Assembly (NCBI GenBank): GCA_013626165.1
Contig: NDHX01000006.1
Span: forward strand, 2,060-66,059
Reading direction: 5' to 3'
Origin: Candidatus Velesiimonas alkalicola
GTDB lineage: Bacteria; Omnitrophota; Gorgyraeia; Velesiimonadales; Velesiimonadaceae
Length of the DNA: 64,000 bases
Numbering within the stretch: the first letter of the stretch is position 1; the number at the start of each line of letters is the position of its first letter. The notes below the pieces were generated by a model. That model saw only the letters and a list, made by a program, of their open reading frames with translations. It did no database searches and had not been told where the DNA came from. Shown here one piece after another: positions 20,487 to 31,733 of the stretch. The translations under genes and the position numbers were made by a program.

Positions 20487-20678
20487 CACTATCCCCGGTC
20501 TTCTTATTTTTGTAACGGTTCTGACTTATAACCTTTTCGGCGACGGACTTCGCGAAATTACCACTACCACTGCCTAAGGCATACAGGGGCAAGTCCCTTT
20601 TTTTGTCATTCCCGCATGCAGTAAGCGGGAATCCAGTTTGTCCCCTGTATTCACTTTGAGTTATAATATCAAAAGATT

Positions 20679-21800
20679 ATGGAGATACCAAATAAGGCAA
20701 AAGAGGAGATATTTGAGATAAAGAAAAGAATTACCAGCCTTTACGAGAGAAAACCGTTGGACCGTCTACCGTTCTTCTTCAACATCGGTAAGTATGAAGG
20801 CTTCTCTTTAGAAAAACAGGCAGAGGGTGGCCGGAACGCAGCCCGAGCGATGAAAGACCATCAGTTTCATTTAGAAGAGCAGATTAAGGGATTCCAACAG
20901 AAGTTGTCCGCTAAATTTAAGGACGACGCCCTCTTTTCTTTATCTCCCATCGCGGGAGTTGGTACTATCGCCTCAGCCTTTGGTTGTCCAACCAGATTTC
21001 TTGATGATAACATGCCCTGGACCGAACATATCATTGATGACCCGAAAGATATTATTCATCTGAAGCCGGAAATAAAGAAAGCCGAGATATTCAACTTAGC
21101 GTTAGAGAAGGCGCTTTACTTCCGGAATAAGGTCGGTTCTGGCTTTCCGATATCCCTTCCCGATATTCAGGGTCCGGTGGACACCGCAGGTATTGTGATG
21201 CAGGATACCCGGTTGTTTGAAGCGGTTTACACCCATCCTCAAGAGGTCCACCTCCTGATGAAGATGGTTGCCGAAACCATAATCAGGATGGTACGCACTT
21301 TTGAAGAGAAGGTAACCAATCTCTTCTGCTATAGCCACAGCAACTGGCTTCCCTACGGAATTTATATGAGTGACGATTATTTAGCGGTAATCTCACCCAA
21401 GATATATGCGGAGTTTGTGGTACCTTACAACGAGATGATTGCCCGTGAGTTCGGCGGTGTATTCCTCCACTCCTGCGGCGATTACACCCACCAGGCCGGG
21501 AACCTTTTAGGGACGAAGGGACTTATGGGTGTGGATTTCCACGAGTTTCCCATCAACAAGATGGCGGAGAAAACCAACGCCAAAATCGTCTTTGTTTCCG
21601 GATATGTGGATGACGCGTACATGAATTTTAATGAACGAGCCAGTAACACAAAAGAACAGATTATCCGGCGTTCCTGGCAGGATTTAGAGAAACTGAAAGA
21701 AGTAAAAAACAAAAGAATTATATTCACGGGGACCTGCTGGGAAGAAGAAAGAGCAGTAGAATATTACCATAAGATGGTTTCTTATTTAACAGGTGCGTAA
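20679..21800 (+). CDS. Uroporphyrinogen decarboxylase / cobamide methyltransferase (MtaA/CmuA) family protein
   Basis: DIQGPVDTA, MSDD...ISPKIYAEF, LHSCG. Confidence 0.8.
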   Translation: MEIPNKAKEEIFEIKKRITSLYERKPLDRLPFFFNIGKYEGFSLEKQAEGGRNAARAMKDHQFHLEEQIKGFQQKLSAKFKDDALFSLSPIAGVGTIASAFGCPTRFLDDNMPWTEHIIDDPKDIIHLKPEIKKAEIFNLALEKALYFRNKVGSGFPISLPDIQGPVDTAGIVMQDTRLFEAVYTHPQEVHLLMKMVAETIIRMVRTFEEKVTNLFCYSHSNWLPYGIYMSDDYLAVISPKIYAEFVVPYNEMIAREFGGVFLHSCGDYTHQAGNLLGTKGLMGVDFHEFPINKMAEKTNAKIVFVSGYVDDAYMNFNERASNTKEQIIRRSWQDLEKLKEVKNKRIIFTGTCWEEERAVEYYHKMVSYLTGA

Positions 21801-22134
21801 GAGGAGAGGAGATGGCAAAGATTAAGGGAGTAAAGGCGAGGATGTGTGCTGGCTGACCACATAGGTAACACTGGACTACGGATTTTAGCAAGTTCCTTTT
21901 CAATATATTCTACGAGAAAGTTCACTGAACCCCATCAACCTTATCTATTTGCCCCCTGAATCTCACAAGCCAATTTCTTATTCATCGCTTTTCTAAAACA
22001 GAAGTCTGTCATTAAGTGGAAAAAGACAAAAGTATACCCCTGACCTGTTGTGAATTTTCCAAAAAACTTCACATTACAGATGATAGATAATAGGACAGGA
22101 TAATTGTAATTATAAGTAGCACATTGCCCCCGAA

Positions 22135-23808
22135 GAAGCTACTCAGGTGCCTGTTGTTCAGGCTTACCCATTGTCCCAGACAATAGTTGTAATTTCAGGT
22201 GTGGTGGTCTCTTTTCCTTAAATAGCCTGCAGTAAGAATCTTCTCAAGTCTTTAGAAAGACCATTTCCTTAGCATATTCTTCAAAGTAGTATTCTAAACA
22301 GCTGCAAGAGTCTGATCCATTAAAAGATAGCTCTGGGTCATTGTAAAAAAACAGCTTTTATTTCTTCCCCTATCTTAGAGTAATTACTGTAGTAATTTTT
22401 CCTGCCAAGAACTGACATCTTAAAACACCTTTCTGCCAGATTATTATCTATAGGTACAAAAGATGCTTTACAAAGATAGTTAATCTTTTCCAATGTTCTT
22501 TAAGACTTTCTATTGCTTTAATCTGCTCTGGATGTTCATATTTTTGCCGGCTACGTTCTTTTGTCTTTTCCAATTTCTCTACCAACTGCTCCTGATAGAT
22601 AGAAAACTTATCAGGATTATTTAGCTGTGCCAGATGTTTTTCATTGATAAGATAGAGATTGGCAATATTATTTATTCATTCCTGTACCCAATAAGTAAGA
22701 ACATAGTGTCTTCTGGATATTTATCCTGTATCTTGATAAAATCTTTTCTTATAAAAATATCCAGGTCTGAAAGTTTCACCTGGAAGACCTGCCTTTGTAA
22801 AAAAAGACTGAAAAGATACTTATTCAGAATTACCTTAACCCAAAAGCTTACATCAAATTTACCCTTCTATGTATAATCTTTGGAGAAAAGAAGAAGTTAT
22901 AATAGGATTTAGACAAGAACAGGTTTTCTTATATTTCCTGCTCTGCTTTCTTCTTAAGAAAATAGGTCTTTCTTACCACTATCTTATAGGAATCTTCTGC
23001 AGTAGATAATTCTTCTAAAGACAATCTACATCTTTTACAATATCTTTCTTCTTTGGGTAATTTACAGAACTTTTCTACTTTTGGTAAGTTTTCAGGAGTC
23101 TTTTGTCTATAATACTTGGTAACTATCCTGAGCTTCTTGTTCTCTCCTTTCTGCTTTTACTTTTTAGACAGGTTTACTATCTTAAGTAAGAACAGGCATC
23201 TTTCTTGTAGCTTTGTTTTTCTATACTTTCTATTTTTATTTTTAGAATTCTATTTTCTTTTCTAAGTTTTTGATTTTTTCTCTTAAACTTTCCTTGTAAA
23301 CCAGTTGCATCTTTTACTTCTTTTTCTTTAGTATCTTCAAAGCATCCTTACATATTAGAGGCTAAATTCTTTATCTTTACCCAGGGGAAAATCAAAAAAA
23401 GAGGGAGGGGAGTTTAATTATTCTTTCTTTCTCTATTTGCAAGAAGAGCCTTTTTTAATGCATGCTGTTTTAATTGAGCATTTTGACCAGGCCAATTTAT
23501 CTTTTCACAAATTATTTAAGAGAGTTTGGTTTGAGAAAGATGAAAGTTCTTCTTTATAATCTTTTTTATTTCTTTTATTTTCTCTTTCAGTAAATTGCCG
23601 ACCATGATATATATTTTTCATCTTACAATAAATTATCATAAAAGAAAAAGCAATGTAAGTTTTTAGAATTATTTATTAAAGAAAAGACTAAAATCTATTC
23701 TGTTAGCAGGCAGTTAAAAAGGCAAGGAAAATTGTTTGACAGTTTAAGAAAGAAGAGTTAAAATAAAATGGTCTTTTGAAAAAGTAATATGGGGTTTACT
23801 GAATTTAC
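22135..23808 (-). pseudogene. Heavily decayed IS66-like transposase element
   Basis: Minus-strand fragment LPKEERYCKRCRLSLEEL (Zn-finger-like), many stops, GTAA-type end at 23808, GCACCTGAGTAG near 22140. Confidence 0.55.
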
Positions 23809-24185
23809 GCCCCACCGGACCCATTTTTTCTATGAGTACTTTAACAGATTTCTTTATTACAACTTTTTCATCCATATATTTTTCTTTCACTTTAAACCCT
23901 CCTTTTGACAAAAAACAACAGGGTTGCCACACCATGTATTTATCTCTTATGAAACAGACACTTAGTGATATCCGGAATAGCTTCTATTTCTTGGAAATGA
24001 ACCAGCAAGACTAACAATCTATAAATACTTTCCCTCACTTTTGATTGTATCAAATTAGCAGCTTCTGTTTCCATGTGGATTCTCAAATAATTTTGTTCAT
24101 CAAAAGGTCTACCTAACGCGCACACATCAAGGTAAACATATTCCGATTTCACTTTCATTTTCTGATATTTTCTCGTCTTCCACAT
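23744..24185 (-). pseudogene. Truncated PIN-domain toxin plus antitoxin fragment
   Basis: VYLDVCALGRPFDEQ...ETEA; downstream LIEKMGPV fragment cut by the IS66 end. Confidence 0.6.
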
Positions 24186-24671
24186 GAAATTCTACCACGA
24201 AAAGATAATATTGTCAAATAGTTGTATAAGTCATACATATATGCATCAGGGTTAGTACTTTCAATAAAATACTTCATTTTGCTTAATTCACATGATGGTT
24301 CACCTCATAGAGACGAGATCTCACCAAAGTAGGACGGAGTTTTCAATCAGTTGATTATTCAATTACCTAAAATTAAACCAAAAAAAATCAGAAAAAAAAC
24401 CTAACCTTCAACGTCGTATATGTATCTTAACTTTTTCACCACTGTTAGAAAATATTATTGTCGTTTCTAACAGGGTCAAGCACTTATTTTTTAATTTTTT
24501 TAAGGGGAATGGAAACAGACATATATTAAAAACCTCGCTCATTTAGTATAATGAGGTTGTTGAAAAACCCTTCACAATCTCTGATTGCTTAGATTTTTGA
24601 AAGAGGACATCGATTTTAGGGTCTGATGAGTTTTTCACCCTGTCATCTAAAACGAGGAGAAAAATATTCTT

Positions 24672-25430
24672 ATGAAAAATAAAATAATTATTTCAGTAAT
24701 AATTCTTATTTTTTCTATATTGATACTTTTCTTTTATTTGCCCAATCAGTATGTTGTTCCTGTGCTTGTGTATCATAGAATAGGAGAGCCTGCTGACGGT
24801 TTAACGGTGTCTGCTGAAACATTTGAAAAACAGATTAAACACTTAAAGCAAAACAATTACAAAATATGGAGCCTTTATGATTATATAGAGTATACAAAAA
24901 ATATCCCTGCCAGAAATATACCGAGAAAATCTGTTGTCATAACATTTGATGATGGATGTAAGAGTATTGCAGATTATGCATACCCTGTAATATTACAACA
25001 CAAAGCCCCTATAACAATCTTTGTTATATCTGGTTTTATTAATAATATAAGTTATATAGGGAAAGAAAAATTAAAAGAGCTCCATGAAAGCGGACTTGTA
25101 ATAATAGGAAGCCATACTGTCCATCATATGGCACTTACAGACTTAACAGCTCAAGAGGTAAAATATCAGGTCAAAACCTCAAAGTCAGATTTAGAAAGTA
25201 TATTAGACACAAAAATAGATTTTTTCTGCTATCCCTTTGGGGCATTTAACGAAGACATAAAAAATGAAGTAAAAAAGGCAGGTTATATGCTTGCCTGTGC
25301 AACAAAAGTAAGAGGAAAAAGAGCTGATATATTTTCTGTCCGAAGAATAAAAATAACAGAAAGAAATAAGATAGGGCCATCGTTCCGCATAAAATTAAGC
25401 GGGTATTATAATTTTTTGAAAAGAAGATAA
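24672..25430 (+). CDS. Polysaccharide deacetylase (CE4), N-terminal membrane anchor
   Basis: PVLVYH, TFDDG, GSHTVHH, FCYPFG. Confidence 0.92.
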   Translation: MKNKIIISVIILIFSILILFFYLPNQYVVPVLVYHRIGEPADGLTVSAETFEKQIKHLKQNNYKIWSLYDYIEYTKNIPARNIPRKSVVITFDDGCKSIADYAYPVILQHKAPITIFVISGFINNISYIGKEKLKELHESGLVIIGSHTVHHMALTDLTAQEVKYQVKTSKSDLESILDTKIDFFCYPFGAFNEDIKNEVKKAGYMLACATKVRGKRADIFSVRRIKITERNKIGPSFRIKLSGYYNFLKRR

Positions 25431-25653
25431 AGAAAACAGATGACAAGGTGACAGGCATAAGAGGCAGGAGGTAGTAGGTAGTAGGCAGTAGATAGTAGGT
25501 AGGAAGTAGGAGTCAAGGTGGGGGACTGGCGACTGGAACCCCGGGCACCAGGGTATCCTTCAGATGGGGCGTGGATTATGTTTTGAATTTATTTGTGATG
25601 TGAAAATTGGAAATTGTTTATACCTTGGTGGCGCCCTACAGGCAGTAGTCTAC

Positions 25654-26631
25654 TTACCTAGGTGTTTTGCTTATAACTAAACTTGCCGCTCCGAGAACAC
25701 CTGTGTCATCACCTAATTTTGCCCTTAAAATCTTGCAGGATTCAAATGGCCTTTTCCATGTGAATTTTTTAACGCTATCTTTCAGGGGTTTTAAAAAAAG
25801 CGCACCCATCTTCATAACGCTTCCTCCAAAAACCACAACCTCCGGATTGACAATCTGTATAACTGCTGATGTTGCAAACCCTAAATAGTATGCGGCCTGC
25901 TCAATAACATACCTTGCCGTCTTGTCACCTAACATTGCAGCTTCTGCAACAACTTTTGTACTGATGTTTTCCCGTATGCCTGCAATCTTTAATATCTTAG
26001 AATCGAGGCGCCTACGAAAAGTGGGTCGTACCATCTGGCGCGCAAATCTTGCAATAGATGTTCCGCTTGAGTACATCTCAAGGCATCCAACCTTCCCGCA
26101 ATTGCACACAGGCCCTTCGAGGTTAACCGTCATGTGACCTATTTCTGCCGCATCAAAGGTAAAGCCATGATGAATCTTTTTATCTATTATAAGTCCACCA
26201 CCTATCCCGGTACTTACTGTAAAATAAAAAAGGCTGTTTGCCCCAATTCCTGCACCAAATATATTTTCACCAAGTCCGGCTGCATTTGCATCATTGTCCA
26301 TAATTGTAGGGAGTTTAATTTTTTTCTTTAAACAGTCAACAAAAGGAACATAATCCCATCCGAACATATTGGGTGGAGAAAGTATCATCCCCTTTTCAAA
26401 ATCCATAGGACCGGGCGCTCCTATACCTATACCCATTATCCTGTCCTTTTTTTTAATATGTTTTTTATGCAAATTATTTATTACATCTATTATATTTGTA
26501 ATATTAGCCTTCCATCCCCCTACTTTAAAGGTGTTCCACCTTATTTTTTCAACTACTGAACCGTTCAGTGTTATAAGTCCAACATCTGTTTTTGTGCCAC
26601 CTATGTCAACTCCGAAAACATATTTTTTCAT
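25654..26631 (-). CDS. ROK family sugar kinase (glucokinase-like)
   Basis: GVDIGGT, NDANAAGLGE, STGIGGG, EIGH, CNCGKVGCLE. Confidence 0.92.
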   Translation of the reverse strand: MKKYVFGVDIGGTKTDVGLITLNGSVVEKIRWNTFKVGGWKANITNIIDVINNLHKKHIKKKDRIMGIGIGAPGPMDFEKGMILSPPNMFGWDYVPFVDCLKKKIKLPTIMDNDANAAGLGENIFGAGIGANSLFYFTVSTGIGGGLIIDKKIHHGFTFDAAEIGHMTVNLEGPVCNCGKVGCLEMYSSGTSIARFARQMVRPTFRRRLDSKILKIAGIRENISTKVVAEAAMLGDKTARYVIEQAAYYLGFATSAVIQIVNPEVVVFGGSVMKMGALFLKPLKDSVKKFTWKRPFESCKILRAKLGDDTGVLGAASLVISKTPR

Positions 26632-26682
26632 ACAATTCTTTGTAACCCAACCCCCTGCTCAACCTCGCAAATAAGGTATGGG

Positions 26683-27240
26683 TTACCGCCTCAACAACCC
26701 CCTTTTCATTTTCAACAGGTTAATCTTTTCATTTAATTGTGAAAGTGTCATCTCCTCAGATGAGAGACTTTTCCTTAAATTCAACAATTCCTCACCCCAT
26801 TTTTCAGATTTAATATCAGATTTTCCATTCAGTCTTTCCAGTGCTTCTATTGCCTGTTTATGTCTTTTTATATTGTCCCTCACATATTTGGTCTGTGCCA
26901 CTGCATCTTTTATTTGTTCATTTATTTTCTGCCTGTAAGGGTCAATTTCTGCTTTTATACTTTTTATATCCATATCAGCCTGTTTTTTCTCCATCACTAT
27001 TTGTGCCTGAATATCCTTTATTTTATCTTGCAATTTTCTTTTTTCGTTTTGATATTCTTCTCTTCTATATCTTACTCTTTCATCAACATCTTTCTTTTTA
27101 TCAAGCACGTCCTTAAAATCCTTATCTGCTGACAACACCTTTTCTTCTGTTGATGATTTATTAAAAAATTGCAAACCCTCCATCCCGCAACCACAAAGGA
27201 TAAAGATACACATTATTAAACATACATACATTTTATTCAT
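26683..27240 (-). CDS. Hypothetical coiled-coil lipoprotein
   Basis: LCGC lipobox, K/E-rich heptads, coupled to the upstream gene. Confidence 0.7.
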   Translation of the reverse strand: MNKMYVCLIMCIFILCGCGMEGLQFFNKSSTEEKVLSADKDFKDVLDKKKDVDERVRYRREEYQNEKRKLQDKIKDIQAQIVMEKKQADMDIKSIKAEIDPYRQKINEQIKDAVAQTKYVRDNIKRHKQAIEALERLNGKSDIKSEKWGEELLNLRKSLSSEEMTLSQLNEKINLLKMKRGLLRR

Positions 27241-28651
27241 TATTCCCCCCTATAAAGAGCCTTCCGGATTGTTCTAATTTTTGAAGGCCCGATTTTGAAT
27301 CCGCCTCATAATAACACCTCACAACAGGCTCTGTCCCCGATACTCTGAACATTGCCCAGGAATTATCTTCGAGCAAAATCTTTACACCGTCTATCCTGTT
27401 TATTTTTATTACCTTTTTACCTGCAAATTCTCTTACATCAGATCCTGAAAGTTTTTCCAGAACCTTAAAACTATAGGACGGGTTCAAATAAATATCAACC
27501 CTTTTTGTAAGAAATGTCCCATATTTTTTATACAGTTTCTGAAGTATCTGTTTTGGGCTTTTTCTTTTTATGGCAATCATCTCAAGTATCAGAAGATTGG
27601 CAAGAATCCCGTCTTTTTCAGGCAGGTGTTTATATATTGAAAGTCCTCCCGACTCCTCACCCCCTAAAATACAATCTCCTTGTTTTAGTCTTTCACCGAT
27701 ATACTTAAAACCCACGGGTGTCTCATAAACACAAAGTCCGTTATATTGAGCAATTGCATCTATCATATGTGTTGTTGCAAGTGTCCTTGCCACACATTTT
27801 ATTTTTTTTCTCCATTTAGGCAGCCTTGTTAAAATAAGGTGCTCAAGCACAAGACATATTACCTGATTTGCGGTCAGAAGTGTTCCGTCTCTATCAACTA
27901 TACCAAACCTGTCGGCATCCCCATCTGTGGCAAGTCCTGCAATAAGTTTTTTATTTTTAACAATTGAACAAAGTTCAAACAGACTTTCTGCATCAGGCTC
28001 TGGTCGTTTTCCTCCAAACATCGGGTCCGGATAACTGTGAATAACAGTGGCCCTACAACCTGAACCTTCTACAAATCTATCAAGATACCCCCTGGCTGTC
28101 CCGTAAAGGCAGTCCACACCGATTTTTAAATGTGCTTTTCTTATTGCAGAAACATCTATAACAGTATGAAGATGCCTGATATACGCTTTTCCCATTTCAA
28201 CCTGTTTAACAGTAGAAGGTGTCGCACATTCAGATATATATGTTTGTTGTGTGATTCTTGTTTCAATCTCAGATGTAACCTCAACAGGCGCAGGACCTCC
28301 GTAAGAAGATGAAAACTTTATTCCGCTATAATATGCCGGATTATGACTTGCAGTAATATTCACTCCTCCTGCACATTTTTCCCTTACTATATAAAACGCA
28401 ATAACAGGGGTGGGAACATCTCTTGATGAGAGAAGAACACTGATACCTGTTTTTGATAAAACATCTGCGACTGTTTTTGCAAATTCACCAGAAAGAAATC
28501 TTGTATCATATCCTATTACCACACCTTTTTTTGCAAGACCATTTGAGTGCAGATACCCTGCAATCCCTGTTGCAACTTTTGCGACATTTTCCTTTGTAAA
28601 CTCATCGGCAATAATTGCCCTCCAGCCACTTGTCCCGAATTTTATTGGCAT
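27233..28651 (-). CDS. Phosphoglucomutase/phosphomannomutase
   Basis: KFGTSGWR, TASHNP, DGDADR, GEESGG, RVSGTEP; start taken at MPIKFG. Confidence 0.93.
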   Translation of the reverse strand: MPIKFGTSGWRAIIADEFTKENVAKVATGIAGYLHSNGLAKKGVVIGYDTRFLSGEFAKTVADVLSKTGISVLLSSRDVPTPVIAFYIVREKCAGGVNITASHNPAYYSGIKFSSSYGGPAPVEVTSEIETRITQQTYISECATPSTVKQVEMGKAYIRHLHTVIDVSAIRKAHLKIGVDCLYGTARGYLDRFVEGSGCRATVIHSYPDPMFGGKRPEPDAESLFELCSIVKNKKLIAGLATDGDADRFGIVDRDGTLLTANQVICLVLEHLILTRLPKWRKKIKCVARTLATTHMIDAIAQYNGLCVYETPVGFKYIGERLKQGDCILGGEESGGLSIYKHLPEKDGILANLLILEMIAIKRKSPKQILQKLYKKYGTFLTKRVDIYLNPSYSFKVLEKLSGSDVREFAGKKVIKINRIDGVKILLEDNSWAMFRVSGTEPVVRCYYEADSKSGLQKLEQSGRLFIGGNNE

Positions 28652-28733
28652 ATAATCCTTCTCATATAATTTGGCAAGGCCCACCGTATGGGCTCCCTCT
28701 CGTGTTCGTAAGGACACTCAATTGGAGGCGCCT

Positions 28734-30095
28734 CTAAAGACAATACCCAACCAGTGTGCAATTGTGAACATCTTTGACAAGAACATTGAAAATCTGCCCC
28801 GGTATAAACCTCGTTGGATATGGCAAGCTATCCAGTGGGGTAAACCTATCAACAGGGAAAACAATATTTCTGTTCTTTCTTGTATGTCCTTTTGCCCATA
28901 TGTTAGCGTCTATAGATTTTTTGACAATTTTTTCAACAAGGACTTCCTGTTCTGTGCCTATCAATCTTCTTAAATTATATTTTGCTATAGAAGAAACAAG
29001 GTCAAGTGCTACCCTGTGCCTTGACTTTTTATCGTTTATACTTACATCATCGGAAAGATTATAGGCAGATGTTCCTTTCCTCGTAGAATATTTATACACA
29101 AATGCACCGTCAAACCTTATTTGCTTTAAAACAGAAATCGTATCTTTGAAATCTGTATCTTTTTCCGATGGAAAGCCTACAATTATATCCGTTGTTATAG
29201 AGCACTGCGGAATTATAGACTTACATTTTTCTATCAGTTTAAGATAATATTCCCTTGTATATCCTCTGTTCATAAGCGTTAATATCCTGTCTGAACCGGA
29301 CTGTAAGGGAAGATGGATATGTTCGCACACATTGGGAAGTTCAGCAATTGTTTTAAGAAGTTTTTCATCCACATCCCTTGGATGGCTTGTCAAAAACCTT
29401 ATCCTTTTTATATCAGTTTCTTTATTTATGATTTTCAAAAGTTCAGTGAAATCACATTCTTGATATTTATATGCAGACACATTCTGTCCTAAGAGTGTAA
29501 CCTCCTTTACTCCTTTATTTGTCAAATCTTTTATTTCCCGGACAATCTCTTGCACCGGACGGTTTTTTAATTTTCCTCTTGCATAAGGAACAACACAATA
29601 TGAACAAAAATTTTCGCACCCCTTTGCAATATTTACAAATGCCGATACTTTGCTGTTTACAGATATACTTGTATTATCAGGATAATTCCTTCCAACCTCA
29701 AGTATATTTTTCTCTCCGTTTATTACTCTCTGAATAATATTGCCCATTAAACCTGTATCATCAGGTCCACATGCGAAAGAAAGTCCGGGTATTTTTTCAA
29801 AAACTTCCTCCCTGAGCAACTGCACAGAACATCCTACAAGCCCAACAACCGCCCCTGGTTTCTTTGATATTACATCTTTTGCATACTCTATCGCCCTGTT
29901 TTGAGCATGCTCTCTTACGGAACAGGTATTAAATAGGACAACATCAGCATCCTCAATACCATCAGACACAACAAATCCATCTGTCAGAAGACAGGACAAA
30001 ATCATCTGACTATCCCTTTTATTCATCTGACATCCGAAGGTACGGATAAAGATTTTTTTTGGCATATTTTTATAAGTTTTTGATTCTTTTGACAT
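28734..30095 (-). CDS. miaB: tRNA-2-methylthio-N6-dimethylallyladenosine synthase; 5' end apparently supplied by the island
   Basis: TFGCQMN, NTCSVREHA, GCENFCSYCVVP radical-SAM motif, TRAM domain. Confidence 0.95.
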   Translation of the reverse strand: MSKESKTYKNMPKKIFIRTFGCQMNKRDSQMILSCLLTDGFVVSDGIEDADVVLFNTCSVREHAQNRAIEYAKDVISKKPGAVVGLVGCSVQLLREEVFEKIPGLSFACGPDDTGLMGNIIQRVINGEKNILEVGRNYPDNTSISVNSKVSAFVNIAKGCENFCSYCVVPYARGKLKNRPVQEIVREIKDLTNKGVKEVTLLGQNVSAYKYQECDFTELLKIINKETDIKRIRFLTSHPRDVDEKLLKTIAELPNVCEHIHLPLQSGSDRILTLMNRGYTREYYLKLIEKCKSIIPQCSITTDIIVGFPSEKDTDFKDTISVLKQIRFDGAFVYKYSTRKGTSAYNLSDDVSINDKKSRHRVALDLVSSIAKYNLRRLIGTEQEVLVEKIVKKSIDANIWAKGHTRKNRNIVFPVDRFTPLDSLPYPTRFIPGQIFNVLVKDVHNCTLVGYCL

Positions 30096-30128
30096 TGTAG
30101 TTTCTTTTCTGTTTCTGAAAACAAAAAA

Positions 30129-31697
30129 TTAAAGTGGGCAAAAAGAAAAAAAGAAATTTTTTTGTGGTAACGCCCCGCCGATGGCGGGGGCGATCTTGAT
30201 GTTTTTAAAAAGCAGCCCGGCGAGCTGTTTCTTATCAGCAAAGTCTATTTTTTCTTTGCTGTCATCGTACCCATCAAGAAAGTCTTTTACTCTGTTAATA
30301 TAGCCCTCTGAGTGTTCTCGTTCAATTTCTCTAAGTTCATATCCTGCAAAGAGTTTTTTCAAGTTTTTTTCTTCGTTTCTGAGGCTTGAATTTTTCTCGC
30401 GATAGACATCTTCGCCAAGCAAATTTTCCAGATAAGCGTCTGTAAGTCTTGACTGTTTTTCTTGGTTAATTTTCAGCTTATCTTTGAACAAACCCACGTC
30501 ATTGCGAGGTGTTGACATCCCTGATGTCAACACCGAAGCAATCTCAAGACCAGTCCCTGTCGTCCATCGGCTCTGTTTTAGGCGTTCGTTTTGGACCAAC
30601 TGAGCAACTATTTTTGTGGCCTCCGGCTCTATATCCTCTGCCTTCACTGCCCTGTTGGTACAATTTATATGGCTTGAATAAGGACCTGAACACCTATACT
30701 AACGTTTCTTCCTATTCAAGCGATGGTTTGATATGGACGATACACCTGTATACCTATGATTGCACTTAGCACAAGCGATAAGACCTGTCAAAAGATACTC
30801 TTGACTTTTTGTTCTCGGTCGCCATGTTCGTGTCTTGTTCGCCAGCAGCTTCTGAACTTCTACAAAATCTTCTCCATCTATGATAGGCTTATGCCTTCCC
30901 TGTGCAACAAGAACTTTAGAAGGATCATTTCTGATATATTTGTAATGTTTTTTGGTTTTCTGATTCTTGTCATAGTGTTTTTTATTCCAAACAATCTTAC
31001 CGGTGTAAATCTGATTCTTAAGTATGTCACAAACAAACTTGTTGTAAAATTGTTTGCCTGTCCTTGTCTTGTATCCTTTCCTATCAAGGTATGCTGCTAT
31101 GTCGTGTGTGCTCTTGCCGGAAATATACATCGTATATATCAGCTTAACGATATTCGTTTCTCTTTCTTCAACCTCTAATAGCTTCTTGGTTTTGTTATAA
31201 GCATAGCCGAATGGCGCAAATCGTGCGCCTTGCCAGTTGCCTTGTTGAACGCCTTTCATCATGCCAGGGAATACCCTTTCAGCAATCCGGTTTCTTTCAA
31301 ACTCGGCAAACGAGCCAAGCTGCTGAAACATCAGTGTCCCTGCTGATGTCGTTGTGTCAAAAGGTTCTGTTGCAGATTTGAAGCCAACGCCATAGGAAGA
31401 TAGCTCATCCACCAGCATAAGCAAGTCTTTAAGGTTGCGACTAAAGCGATCGATCTTATGGACCAACACAAGCTCAAACCTCTTTGCCTTCGCATCAGCA
31501 AGCAACTGTTGTAAAGCCGGGCGACGCGTGGAATATGCACTTATGCCATCATCGCAATACACCTTGAAAACTTCATATCCTTCACGATTAGCAAAGGATT
31601 CAAGGTATTCTTTTTGTACTTCTAAAGAATAACCTTCTTTGGCTTGGTCTTCAGTAGATACTCGTGTATAAATTGCTATTCTTAGCTTTTCATTCAT
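30129..31697 (-). pseudogene. Large serine recombinase (resolvase + recombinase + Zn ribbon + coiled coil), split by one in-frame TAG
   Basis: IYTRVSTEDQ, DRFSR, APFGY, LTGLIACAKC; TAG at 30699-30701 in KKR*YRC; frame continues into the 30129..30647 ORF. Confidence 0.88.
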
Positions 31698-31733
31698 TTT
31701 TAATATCCACAATATTATTAGCGCACAATAGAC

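Noticed and set aside
24600-24655. CTGATGAG within stems upstream of the deacetylase, suggesting a hammerhead ribozyme or riboswitch
   Set aside because: No correctly placed GAAA/stem II or cleavage triplet, and no riboswitch consensus I can support
30699-30701. Stop-codon recoding (pyrrolysine or code 15)
   Set aside because: Other genes end normally in TAG (IS481 transposase, hemB) and no pyl genes are present
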